A stretch of 63,934 nucleotides of DNA, filler included. It is 4 parts of 4 records of this genome, joined end to end, with 100 filler letters (N's around TTAATTAATTAA, not from the genome) between each part and the next. Parts side by side here need not be neighbours in the genome. Positions count along the whole stretch, not along the records: positions 49,125 to 63,934 come from SRR20825006_450; 3 more parts are not named here. One strand, 5' to 3'. Under the pieces are notes generated by a model that was not told where the DNA came from, made no database searches, and saw nothing but the letters and a program-made list of their open reading frames with translations. The translations under genes and the position numbers were made by a program. Below, piece by piece: positions 49,148 through 58,189 of this stretch (position 1 is the first letter of the stretch; every line of letters begins with the position of its first letter).

Positions 49148-49575
49148 CTAACGATAAATGTAATTCGTGAATTGGCAACCCTAATTGTTCATGTCTCGAA
49201 CACTTATGACTCCAGACCCATAATACCAAGCAAGAAGGTGTCGTCATGGAATCTAATTAAAATTTGGATGTTCTATCGTTGAATGGAATTTTGTTGAGTT
49301 TTGCCTAAAGGATGATTTTATCCAATGCATTTAAACAGACTTTTTTGTCACCTAAACGCTAAATCACGTATTTCTACGTGGTGTAAGTTTATAGGAAAGC
49401 CATATCATTGTAAAAACATTCAACACTTCACTGAAAAAACCGAGGAGGGGTGAAATCCCTCTCAGAGTAGTCATTTTGGTTACTACGCTATAAAGGTCGT
49501 TGCATTATGCTTCGACCTTTTGCTTTTTACCCTTTTTTAAAGCTTAGGAATCTCGGACTTGAATTTCAACGAAAC

Positions 49576-49612
49576 AAAAAAGGCCGTTCTTATCAAAAAC
49601 GACCTTTTCTTC
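49576..49612 (-). terminator. Terminator downstream of the adhesin gene
   Basis: AAAAAAGGCCGTT...AACGACCTTTT. Confidence 0.6.
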
Positions 49613-49629
49613 GTTCTTTCGATTTTTTG

Positions 49630-52600
49630 CTAATCTCTAATCAACGTCACGTTTCCATGAAGTTCACCCGATTTATTGTAGACATCCACATAAGTGATTT
49701 TCCAGAAGTACACCCCTTCGCTAACATCATTTCCATTCGGTGTTGTTCCGTCCCACCCTTGTTTGAAGTCGATGGTTTCAAAAACAACATTCCCCCAACG
49801 GTTTAGAATAATAAGGTTGTAATCCCGAATACTTAAAATTTCAATTGGAATAAAGAATTCGTTCGCACCATCGCCATTTGGAGTAAAGACATTTGGCATC
49901 GTAATAACCACGCATCCCGCAGCTTCATTCTGTATGCTTACATCAACGGAAATACTATTTGTACAACCGTTTGCATCCATCACAACCACACTGTACGTTC
50001 CGACAGGTAATCCAGTGATCAGCGTATCAGTTCCACCATTATTCCATAAATAAGTATACCCTGGTGTTCCTCCGGTTGCGTTCACCGTCGCAATTCCACT
50101 ACTATCTCCAAAGCAAATCGGAGAAGAGAAAGCAGTAAGCGAAATCGGATCAGCAGGTTCATTCACAACTGTTGCTAAAGACGCTGTACATCCGTTTGTG
50201 TCTGTAACAACTAACGTATAAATTCCAGCGAATAAAGTATCAATCGTTAAGACTGTATCTCCAGTATTCCACAAATATGTGTATCCGGGAGTTCCGCCAG
50301 TTACGGTTGCGTCTATGCTACCATTGTTCCCGCCGTTGCAAAGCACAGGCAACATAGAAGTGGTGATGTCAATAGGAGCGAGTGGTTGAGTAATAACCGC
50401 AGAGATTGTGTCGGTACAATTATCTGCGTCTGTTACAACTAATGCGTAAGTTCCTGCGGTAATATTTACCAAATCTTGATTCGTACTCGAGTTACTCCAT
50501 AGATAAGAATACGGTTGAACGCCGCCTGTAGCAGTAACGTCAATTGATCCTGTTGCCGCACCGAAGCACAAAACATCGACGTGAGTCTCAGTAAGAATGA
50601 TTTCCGTGGGTTGTAAAATAGTATCGGTGTATGTTAACTCACACAAATTATCATCAGTAACTGTTACGGTATAAATTCCAGGACCCAAATCTTGGAGATC
50701 TTGTGTAGTTTCTCCGTTGCTCCATAAATAAGTATACGGTCCCGTGCCACCTGTAACAGTAATGTCAAGCGCCCCAATTGTATCTCCGTAACACGTTGGC
50801 GTTTTGATGCCTGTTATGGAAATCGGAGCTGCGGGTTGAGCAATGACTGCGGTTAACGAATCGATACAACCATTCGTATCGGTGACAATCACAGTATATG
50901 ATCCCGAAAGAAGCGAATCTAAATCTTGTAAAGTGTCGCCAGTATTCCAACTATATGAATAGCCAGGAGTTCCACCAGTTACAGAAAGGTCGATACTTCC
51001 ATTGTCTCCTCCGAAACAAAGAACAGCTACCTGAGTCGAAGACAAGTTCAACGGTGCAGTTGGCTGTGTAATAACGATCGAGATAGTGTCCACACAGTTA
51101 TTCGTGTCCACGACTGTCAATGAATAGGTTCCCAATGGAATTCCTGTTAAATCCTCCGTTACATCTCCAGTATTCCAAAGATATGAGTACGGTTGAACTC
51201 CACCAGTAGTCGTTACATCAATAGAGCCAGTTGAATCGCCAAAGCACAAAATGTTCACATGTGTTTCGGTGAGAATAAGTTCTGTTGGTTGGAAAATAGT
51301 ATCCACAAACGAAACTTGACACATATTGTCGTCAGTAACAACCACCGAATAGATTCCTTCGCCGAGGTTTTGTATGTCCTGTGTAATTTCTCCTCCACTC
51401 CATAAGTATGTGTATGGTGCAGTGCCTCCCGCTACTTCAATGTCAATTTCACCGATAGAATCGTTGAAACATAAAATATCGACTTTCGAATTGGATGAAA
51501 TGTATAAAGCGGTATCTGGTTGATCAATAACGAAGGACATAAATCCGCCACATCCATTTGTATCAACAACATTTACAAAATATGGTCCAGCAGGGATGTT
51601 TGTAAGATCCTGCGTTGTTGCACCATTACTCCAATCATAAACATAACCGGGCGTTCCGTTAGTTAACGAGATATCAATTGCTCCAGTTGAATCTGAATAA
51701 CACAATACATCTGTGTGAACATCTGAAATTAAAATAGCGTCTGGATCAGTAACTGCAATACTCAAGGTATCAACGCAACCATTCGTGTCAACCACTGTAA
51801 CAAAGTAAAGTCCAGCGAATAAGTTATTAATGTCCTGTGTGAATTGCCCATTATTCCAACTATAGGTATATCCTGGAGTTCCACCAGAAACTGTTAAATC
51901 GATAGAACCTTGCGTACCGTTCTGACAAACAGGATTGATATGCGTTTCAGTTAACAAGAGCGGCGTTGGTTGGTTAATGTCGACCACGAAGCTTTGATTA
52001 CAGTTGTTTGAATCCGAAACGACTACTGTATACGATCCAGCTCCCAATCCAGTTAAATCTTCCGTCGTTTCACCGTTAGACCATAAATAAGTGTAAGGAG
52101 CAACTCCTCCAGTTACCGTTAGATCAAGCGTCGCTGTAGAATCATCAAAACACAATATTTCTGTTGTAACAGCGGTAATTGTCATTGAATCTAAGGGCTG
52201 ATTAACAACGAATGAAGCAATATTCATACATCCATTCACATCTGTAACTGTATCTGTGTATGTTCCTGCCCCAAGATCGATTAAATCTTCCAACGTGATC
52301 CCATTCGACCAAGAATAGGTGTAAGGTGCAGTTCCTCCAGTAATTGTAGCGTCGATAGCTCCTGTTGTGTCAGAATAGCAAAGAATATCCGAAACAACGG
52401 CTGTAATTGAAATAGTATCTGGTTGAACTAAGGTAACACTGTCCATTGCAATACAACCGTTACTATCTGTTACAGTCACCACATGCGTTCCTGCATCTAA
52501 GTTGGTAATTGAATCAGTAATTTGTAATCCAGGCGTCCAGAGATATGAATAAGGGAAGACACCGCCAGAAACGGTAACATCAGCACTTCCATCCATTGCG

Positions 52601-55395
52601 TTGAAACAGCTAATATCTTGTCCATTGTAATCTGAAGTAATTGCCGCAAGAGCAGATAAAACAGGCGGTTGATTCAATGTGAATGTATCAATTAACTCAC
52701 AGTTGTTTTGATCTAGAATTGAAACTATGTAGGTTCCAGACCCCAAGTTTCCAGCAAGAGAATCTGCATCGCCGTTCGACCAAGTATAAGTGTATGGTCC
52801 AACTCCACCAGTTACGGTCAATTCAATTGATCCTGTAGTGTCGCCAAAACAAAGGATTTCGGTAATGGAATCGGTCATTGACAGCGGCGCAATCGGCTGT
52901 GTAATCAGGAACGTTGCTGTATCTGTACAACCGTTAATGTCTGTCACCGTATCTGTATATGAACCAACACCAAGGTTAATTAAATCTTCTAATGTCACGC
53001 TATTCGACCAAGAGTAATCGTAAGGTGTTGTTCCACCAGTAACGGAAACGTTAATTGCTCCTGTGGTGTCACCGAAACAAAGTACGTTGGTTACTACTGC
53101 TGTGATAATAAGAGAATCTGGCTGTACAAGCGTAACACTGTCCATAACTTGACATCCATTACTATCTGTTACTGTGATTACATGCGTTCCAGCATCTAAA
53201 CCACTGATACTCGTGGTAGTTTGAAGGCCAGGAGTCCACTCATACGTGTACGGAAGAATTCCACCGCCAGCAACTACATCAGCGCTACCGTCCAGTGCAC
53301 CATAACAACTAATGTCTTGCCCGTTGTAATTGGATGTGATAGAAGCCAACGCAGTAAGTATGGGTGGTTCTGCAATGGAGAAGGTGTCCGCGACTTCACA
53401 ACCATATTGATCTGTAGCAATTACAGAATAAGTTCCAGCATTTAATCCGTTTGCTAACGAATCCATGTCGTTGTTTGACCAAACATAGGTGAACGGAGCA
53501 TTTCCAATACCGCTAACATCTATGAAACCAACACCTAGATTATAGCAGGAATCATCCTGTATGGCATTGAGTTGAAGGGTTGGATTATCTGAAATGAAAA
53601 TTGTAGCTATTGAATCGGAGATACATTGAACGCCATTGTATGTTACACTAAGAATGTAATCTCCACCATTTACCAATTGTGAATTTGGAATAGTTGGATT
53701 ACTGCTCGTTGAGGTAAAGCCATTTGGTCCAGTCCAAGTGAAGTTAAGGAAGGTAGAATTCGGGAAATTCAGCCAGAGTTCTTCACCAACGCAAAGTGAG
53801 TCGGGGTGAGTAATTACCGTGTCGGGACAGGCGCTAACATCCACCACTACGATTCCACTTTCTAAAGATGGACATCCATTAATATCTAATTGATCAGATG
53901 CACCATTGTTTCCGTTAGTGATCCCTGAAATTTGACCAGTTCCAAAGAGGTAGGCCCTATTTTCGAGGATTGGTCCACATTGCCAAACAGCGCAATCATT
54001 TGTTACTTGAACTTGAAATCGAAGAACGGTACTGTCTGCTCCCGTCGGTGAATTGACTACCGAGCCTCCAGTTGTTCCATTTGCGCCAGTTCCAATTCGG
54101 GCACGAATAACATTTGTTGCAGGTAAAAATTCTGCCTGATCTGAATCAATAGGATCCGTTTTTGGTCCAGTATTTGGACCGTACGTGATCGCAATTGTTC
54201 CAGGAATGTAGGTTAATCTGGCATCCAATGTGTCTGTTAAGAAAGTTCCGACGGATACATCCGAACCAATGTTTTTAGCGACAATTGTGTATTCCAAAAT
54301 ATCTCCTGGTGTTACAGTTCCGCCATTCAAATCGGTGTAGGAGACGGAAGCTCTGAGGTCAGGCTCGTAAATATCAATCGCGGAGGTAATTACACTCGTA
54401 AGTACTGTTTCAGATTGCGTAGAAACTCGAATGGCTGCATTTGTGGCTGCATTTCCAATATAGTTAAAGGTTGAATTGTTCGGAACGTAAATATTCGCAT
54501 CGTGTCCTAAATTATTGTTATAACTAGGATTTCGAAGTGGGGTAAGTACTCCGTTATTGGAAATGGTACTATTAAAAACATTGTTCACTGGGTGCAATGC
54601 ATCACTGATGTTTACGAATGTTCCAGTTCCATTAAACTCTAATTGATCTCCCGATTGTCCTCTGTCGCCATCATGGGCAACAACACCTAATTCGAAGTTT
54701 ACCGCGCCAGTTGGTGGAGTAAGAAATCCGCTAATCGCGATATCGACCGTTCCAGATACACCGGGACTAACGTTTGCTAATCCATCAAAAACAGTCAAGT
54801 TTCTCATCGATTGATAGATGTTATTGTAAACTACAACAATCGTCCATCCACCAAACGTATTTGTACCAGTTCTTGCGACTACGTTTCCAACGCGATACGT
54901 TGAGTTAAGACCGTTCGCCTGAACAATATTGGTAATATCCTTGAATCCGAAATAGGTAACTTTTCCTACTGTATTGTCCAAGAGTTCGTCGGCTGTTAAA
55001 TTCTGATATGCTCCACCATCAACACTCAATCTTACTTGATCTCTGCTCGCCCAGTTTGGAGTAGAAGAAGGTGTATTATTCAAAATCCCTGTCCAATAAA
55101 GTCCTGCCCAAGTAATTTCGCTACATGCTGGGAGGTTTAATTGATCACTGGATGACATGTATGTGGTTGGATCACTGTCGATATCCACGAAAGTCATTGA
55201 AAAGTTGTTGTTGTCACCCGTACCTCCAGGAGGCATTTCGTTGTTTGCCGCACAATTACAACCAACTGCAGTATTCGCCAATTGAACCAAACCACCTTTT
55301 TGGTTTACTTGATATCGGATCGAAAACGGGTCAATAATTTGTGAGAAGGAGAGGCATGAAGCCAAAAGGAAAGTAAGAAGAAGTGTAATTTTCAT
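49630..55395 (-). CDS. Large T9SS type-B CTD surface protein with a DUF11-like domain and about 16 SprB-like repeats
   Basis: Signal peptide, PGDILEYTI, repeats of C..G...G.ID.TVTGG..PY.Y.WS/N...L..G.Y...VTD.NGC, and C-terminal MPNVFTPNGDG.N...NRWG...GWDG...GVYFW. Confidence 0.92.
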   Translation of the reverse strand: MKITLLLTFLLASCLSFSQIIDPFSIRYQVNQKGGLVQLANTAVGCNCAANNEMPPGGTGDNNNFSMTFVDIDSDPTTYMSSSDQLNLPACSEITWAGLYWTGILNNTPSSTPNWASRDQVRLSVDGGAYQNLTADELLDNTVGKVTYFGFKDITNIVQANGLNSTYRVGNVVARTGTNTFGGWTIVVVYNNIYQSMRNLTVFDGLANVSPGVSGTVDIAISGFLTPPTGAVNFELGVVAHDGDRGQSGDQLEFNGTGTFVNISDALHPVNNVFNSTISNNGVLTPLRNPSYNNNLGHDANIYVPNNSTFNYIGNAATNAAIRVSTQSETVLTSVITSAIDIYEPDLRASVSYTDLNGGTVTPGDILEYTIVAKNIGSDVSVGTFLTDTLDARLTYIPGTIAITYGPNTGPKTDPIDSDQAEFLPATNVIRARIGTGANGTTGGSVVNSPTGADSTVLRFQVQVTNDCAVWQCGPILENRAYLFGTGQISGITNGNNGASDQLDINGCPSLESGIVVVDVSACPDTVITHPDSLCVGEELWLNFPNSTFLNFTWTGPNGFTSTSSNPTIPNSQLVNGGDYILSVTYNGVQCISDSIATIFISDNPTLQLNAIQDDSCYNLGVGFIDVSGIGNAPFTYVWSNNDMDSLANGLNAGTYSVIATDQYGCEVADTFSIAEPPILTALASITSNYNGQDISCYGALDGSADVVAGGGILPYTYEWTPGLQTTTSISGLDAGTHVITVTDSNGCQVMDSVTLVQPDSLIITAVVTNVLCFGDTTGAINVSVTGGTTPYDYSWSNSVTLEDLINLGVGSYTDTVTDINGCTDTATFLITQPIAPLSMTDSITEILCFGDTTGSIELTVTGGVGPYTYTWSNGDADSLAGNLGSGTYIVSILDQNNCELIDTFTLNQPPVLSALAAITSDYNGQDISCFNAMDGSADVTVSGGVFPYSYLWTPGLQITDSITNLDAGTHVVTVTDSNGCIAMDSVTLVQPDTISITAVVSDILCYSDTTGAIDATITGGTAPYTYSWSNGITLEDLIDLGAGTYTDTVTDVNGCMNIASFVVNQPLDSMTITAVTTEILCFDDSTATLDLTVTGGVAPYTYLWSNGETTEDLTGLGAGSYTVVVSDSNNCNQSFVVDINQPTPLLLTETHINPVCQNGTQGSIDLTVSGGTPGYTYSWNNGQFTQDINNLFAGLYFVTVVDTNGCVDTLSIAVTDPDAILISDVHTDVLCYSDSTGAIDISLTNGTPGYVYDWSNGATTQDLTNIPAGPYFVNVVDTNGCGGFMSFVIDQPDTALYISSNSKVDILCFNDSIGEIDIEVAGGTAPYTYLWSGGEITQDIQNLGEGIYSVVVTDDNMCQVSFVDTIFQPTELILTETHVNILCFGDSTGSIDVTTTGGVQPYSYLWNTGDVTEDLTGIPLGTYSLTVVDTNNCVDTISIVITQPTAPLNLSSTQVAVLCFGGDNGSIDLSVTGGTPGYSYSWNTGDTLQDLDSLLSGSYTVIVTDTNGCIDSLTAVIAQPAAPISITGIKTPTCYGDTIGALDITVTGGTGPYTYLWSNGETTQDLQDLGPGIYTVTVTDDNLCELTYTDTILQPTEIILTETHVDVLCFGAATGSIDVTATGGVQPYSYLWSNSSTNQDLVNITAGTYALVVTDADNCTDTISAVITQPLAPIDITTSMLPVLCNGGNNGSIDATVTGGTPGYTYLWNTGDTVLTIDTLFAGIYTLVVTDTNGCTASLATVVNEPADPISLTAFSSPICFGDSSGIATVNATGGTPGYTYLWNNGGTDTLITGLPVGTYSVVVMDANGCTNSISVDVSIQNEAAGCVVITMPNVFTPNGDGANEFFIPIEILSIRDYNLIILNRWGNVVFETIDFKQGWDGTTPNGNDVSEGVYFWKITYVDVYNKSGELHGNVTLIRD

Positions 55396-55688
55396 AGTTC
55401 AGTCATTCAAGTTGGAGAGCCGAGAATTAGTAGCCTTGACTTCTTAAAGACGTTGATTATCAATTACAAGTTGTACAACGTTCGGAAAAAATCGAAATGC
55501 GTTGGACAATATAGGCTTTTAATTGAAGGAATTGAAAAAAAAGATGAGTTGAGCTTTTCGCTCGTCGCGTTTGAACTCTATCACGACTAAATTGTAGTGG
55601 AATAATTTGTTGACTTGAATATGGTTTGACTGTGTGAACTAAGAAGACAGTGTACATTGTTGTATTTAACTGCCCATTAGAGAGGTGG

Positions 55689-55723
55689 AAAAATCCCCTC
55701 AAGGATGAATCGATGAGGGGATT
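55689..55723 (-). terminator. Terminator-like hairpin
   Basis: AATCCCCTCA...TGAGGGGATT downstream of the 55734-56219 gene. Confidence 0.6.
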
Positions 55724-55733
55724 ATTGCTTGAC

Positions 55734-56219
55734 TTATTTTTTAAAAAGGTTGTTTATCGTATTCGACCAGTTTTCAATTACTTGGAGTTCTCCATTGAGT
55801 TGGGGAGCGTTATGTGCGTTGAAAAACTCTAAATTGATAGGGGATTTGCTTTTATCGCGAGGAGTAAAGCAGAGATCCAAGCGCTCAATTATTTTCTGAT
55901 CTCCATCTTTGTCGCTAACCGTTCTATTCGTATTTATGACTTTGCAACTTTCGATTTCTGAGAGATCAATAAACTTCTCACTGATTTGCCCTTTGATTTT
56001 TTGGTAGAAGTACACAAACTTGTTCGTTTCATCCACTCCAATGGCAAAATGCCCGTGAAGTTCGTGTTGACTAATTTGACTATTGTGTCGAGTGGCGTTG
56101 CTCGTCAAGTAGAGCAACGTTTCTAGATCATTTTTTTTTCTGCTGCGATTCATGAGTACAAAAGGTAGAATACAAACTACTGCACAAACAGCACCAATGA
56201 TGGCGGTTCCTAAATCCAT
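55734..56219 (-). CDS. Hypothetical protein with an N-terminal membrane anchor
   Basis: 161-aa ORF with a TM helix followed by a soluble domain. Confidence 0.75.
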   Translation of the reverse strand: MDLGTAIIGAVCAVVCILPFVLMNRSRKKNDLETLLYLTSNATRHNSQISQHELHGHFAIGVDETNKFVYFYQKIKGQISEKFIDLSEIESCKVINTNRTVSDKDGDQKIIERLDLCFTPRDKSKSPINLEFFNAHNAPQLNGELQVIENWSNTINNLFKK

Positions 56220-56319
56220 TTTTAAGCGTATTATAATTTGATTAAATGATAGGGCGATGTTTATCTACAACGCCGAAAGATTTTTTGTCATTTTGAAATA
56301 TGACGAAGCTTAAAATGGA

Positions 56320-56691
56320 CTACCAGAAATAATGCGAAGGGAAAATGAGCGCTTTTTTCCGTTTGAGAATCAGAAAGTCATCGAAAAAACGACCATACTG
56401 AATGAACCTAGTGCGAATTAATTTCTCTGTTAATTGGAGATCGACCCAAAGATTGCTAGACGGATACTTGAGACTAGTAAAACCGAGGTTACTAATGCTC
56501 GTAAACGATAAATCGGAACTGACCGTATGAGATGAAACGTGCGAAGAAGCAACGGAAAAATATGCGTCCTCCGTCGTCGTCTCTGTTTGGTTCTTTTTCG
56601 AAAAGTTGAGCGACGGAACAGCAGTGCTAATCCCGAAATAGTAAATCGCAGTTAACAGAAATACACCAAAAATTCGCAAGCTACTTTTCAC
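56320..56691 (-). CDS. Hypothetical protein ending in IFPSHYFW
   Basis: 123-aa ORF with a hydrophobic N-terminus and an aromatic C-terminal motif. Confidence 0.6.
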   Translation of the reverse strand: MKSSLRIFGVFLLTAIYYFGISTAVPSLNFSKKNQTETTTEDAYFSVASSHVSSHTVSSDLSFTSISNLGFTSLKYPSSNLWVDLQLTEKLIRTRFIQYGRFFDDFLILKRKKALIFPSHYFW

Positions 56692-56857
56692 AATAATTCG
56701 ATAAAGAGCAAATGTAGTAAAGCGGCTGAATTACACGATTAAATTTTGGCGAAAAATCAAAAAATGTTGTGATGTTTTAACGTGTCTAAAACAAAGTTCA
56801 ACCGCACTGATTAAAAGTGTTTTATGGGTCAATTCGCAAAATCAATAAACCTTTCGC

Positions 56858-58189
56858 CTATTTAATGAGCTCTTGAAAGTCTCCAGTTGTTAAACGAAGG
56901 TCCATTTCTGCAATTTTTTGTTCTAATTGTGCCTTGAAATAGCGAGTGTTTGAAGCGATAATACTGAATTGGAATTCCCGCAATTCAAGATCGGTAATTG
57001 CTCCTGCAGCGTATGCTTTTTGAGCGATTTCAAAATTAAGTCCAGCTTGAGCGATATTATTCTGCTCTAGCGAAAGGTTCCGCACCGTCCATAAATACGT
57101 ATCGTACGATTTTTGTAATTCCGAAGCAATAAACAACTCCTGATCTTTCAACTCAAGTTCAGCATTTTCGGAGTTCAAATGAGCGTTCTTCAACCCGCTG
57201 TATGTCGACAGATTATTGAGGATATTCCATGAAAGAGAAAGTCCAACTCCAGGTCCAACAGCGCGATTGGAATTTAAAATCCCAACTTGACTTTCGGAGC
57301 GCGAATAAACGTATTGAGCATAAAAACTAATCTGCGGAAAATAATTCGATCGAACTTCTTTTTGCTCCTGATCGCGGATGGCAATATTCGCCTTGTTGAC
57401 CAAGATACTCGTGTTTTGAGCGATGGCTTTTGACCTCAACGATTCCCAATTGATTGGTTCCATTCCCGATAAACTGCCTTGTGCGATAAATCCTTCACCT
57501 GGATTTTTACCAAGCAGATAATAAATGCCTGTCTTTGACGCTTCAATGAGGTTTCTGTTTTCGAGAAACACAGAACTGTCGGCATATAAATCTAACCGTG
57601 ATTGAATTAATTGAATCTCAGAAGATGATCCGAGAGACTCTTTTTGTTGCTGCTGAAGGTAACGAGCGTTGCTGAGGTCTAAACTTTTTTGGTAAATCGA
57701 GTCCAATTCCTGAAGCTGCAAAAGCGTATAGAACTGAACGGAAGCCTGATATATTTTCATCTCCATCTCGGCGGTGAGTCTCATTGTAGCGAGATCTTCC
57801 TGAAGATTCAAGCGTTTATCAATGGCGAACATTTTGAATCCATCAAAAAATGTCCAATTCAACATCGCCGAAGCACTCGTAGAATTACTTTTAGCTGCAT
57901 TTGCCTGATTCACCGCTCCAGAAAAAAACGTTTGCTCGGTATTGTAAGCACTTCGGTAGTGATCTGCATTAATGGTGATTGTCGGCAAATATCCTTTTGC
58001 GCCAGCATTATTATTGTTTTCGGCAATTACGACTTCATTCTTAAGGAGTTTGATTCCGTAATTTGATTCCAGCACCTCGCCAATTAGGCGATCGATTGTA
58101 TACGCCTCTTGTCCGAAACTCGTGTGAGAGCCAATTACAATGGCTAACAAGAGGAGGAGTGGTGAAAATTTCAATTTAGTATGTAACAT
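56858..58189 (-). CDS. TolC family outer-membrane efflux protein
   Basis: GYLPTI, NWTFFDG and YFPQISF. It overlaps the RND gene stop. Confidence 0.92.
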   Translation of the reverse strand: MLHTKLKFSPLLLLLAIVIGSHTSFGQEAYTIDRLIGEVLESNYGIKLLKNEVVIAENNNNAGAKGYLPTITINADHYRSAYNTEQTFFSGAVNQANAAKSNSTSASAMLNWTFFDGFKMFAIDKRLNLQEDLATMRLTAEMEMKIYQASVQFYTLLQLQELDSIYQKSLDLSNARYLQQQQKESLGSSSEIQLIQSRLDLYADSSVFLENRNLIEASKTGIYYLLGKNPGEGFIAQGSLSGMEPINWESLRSKAIAQNTSILVNKANIAIRDQEQKEVRSNYFPQISFYAQYVYSRSESQVGILNSNRAVGPGVGLSLSWNILNNLSTYSGLKNAHLNSENAELELKDQELFIASELQKSYDTYLWTVRNLSLEQNNIAQAGLNFEIAQKAYAAGAITDLELREFQFSIIASNTRYFKAQLEQKIAEMDLRLTTGDFQELIK

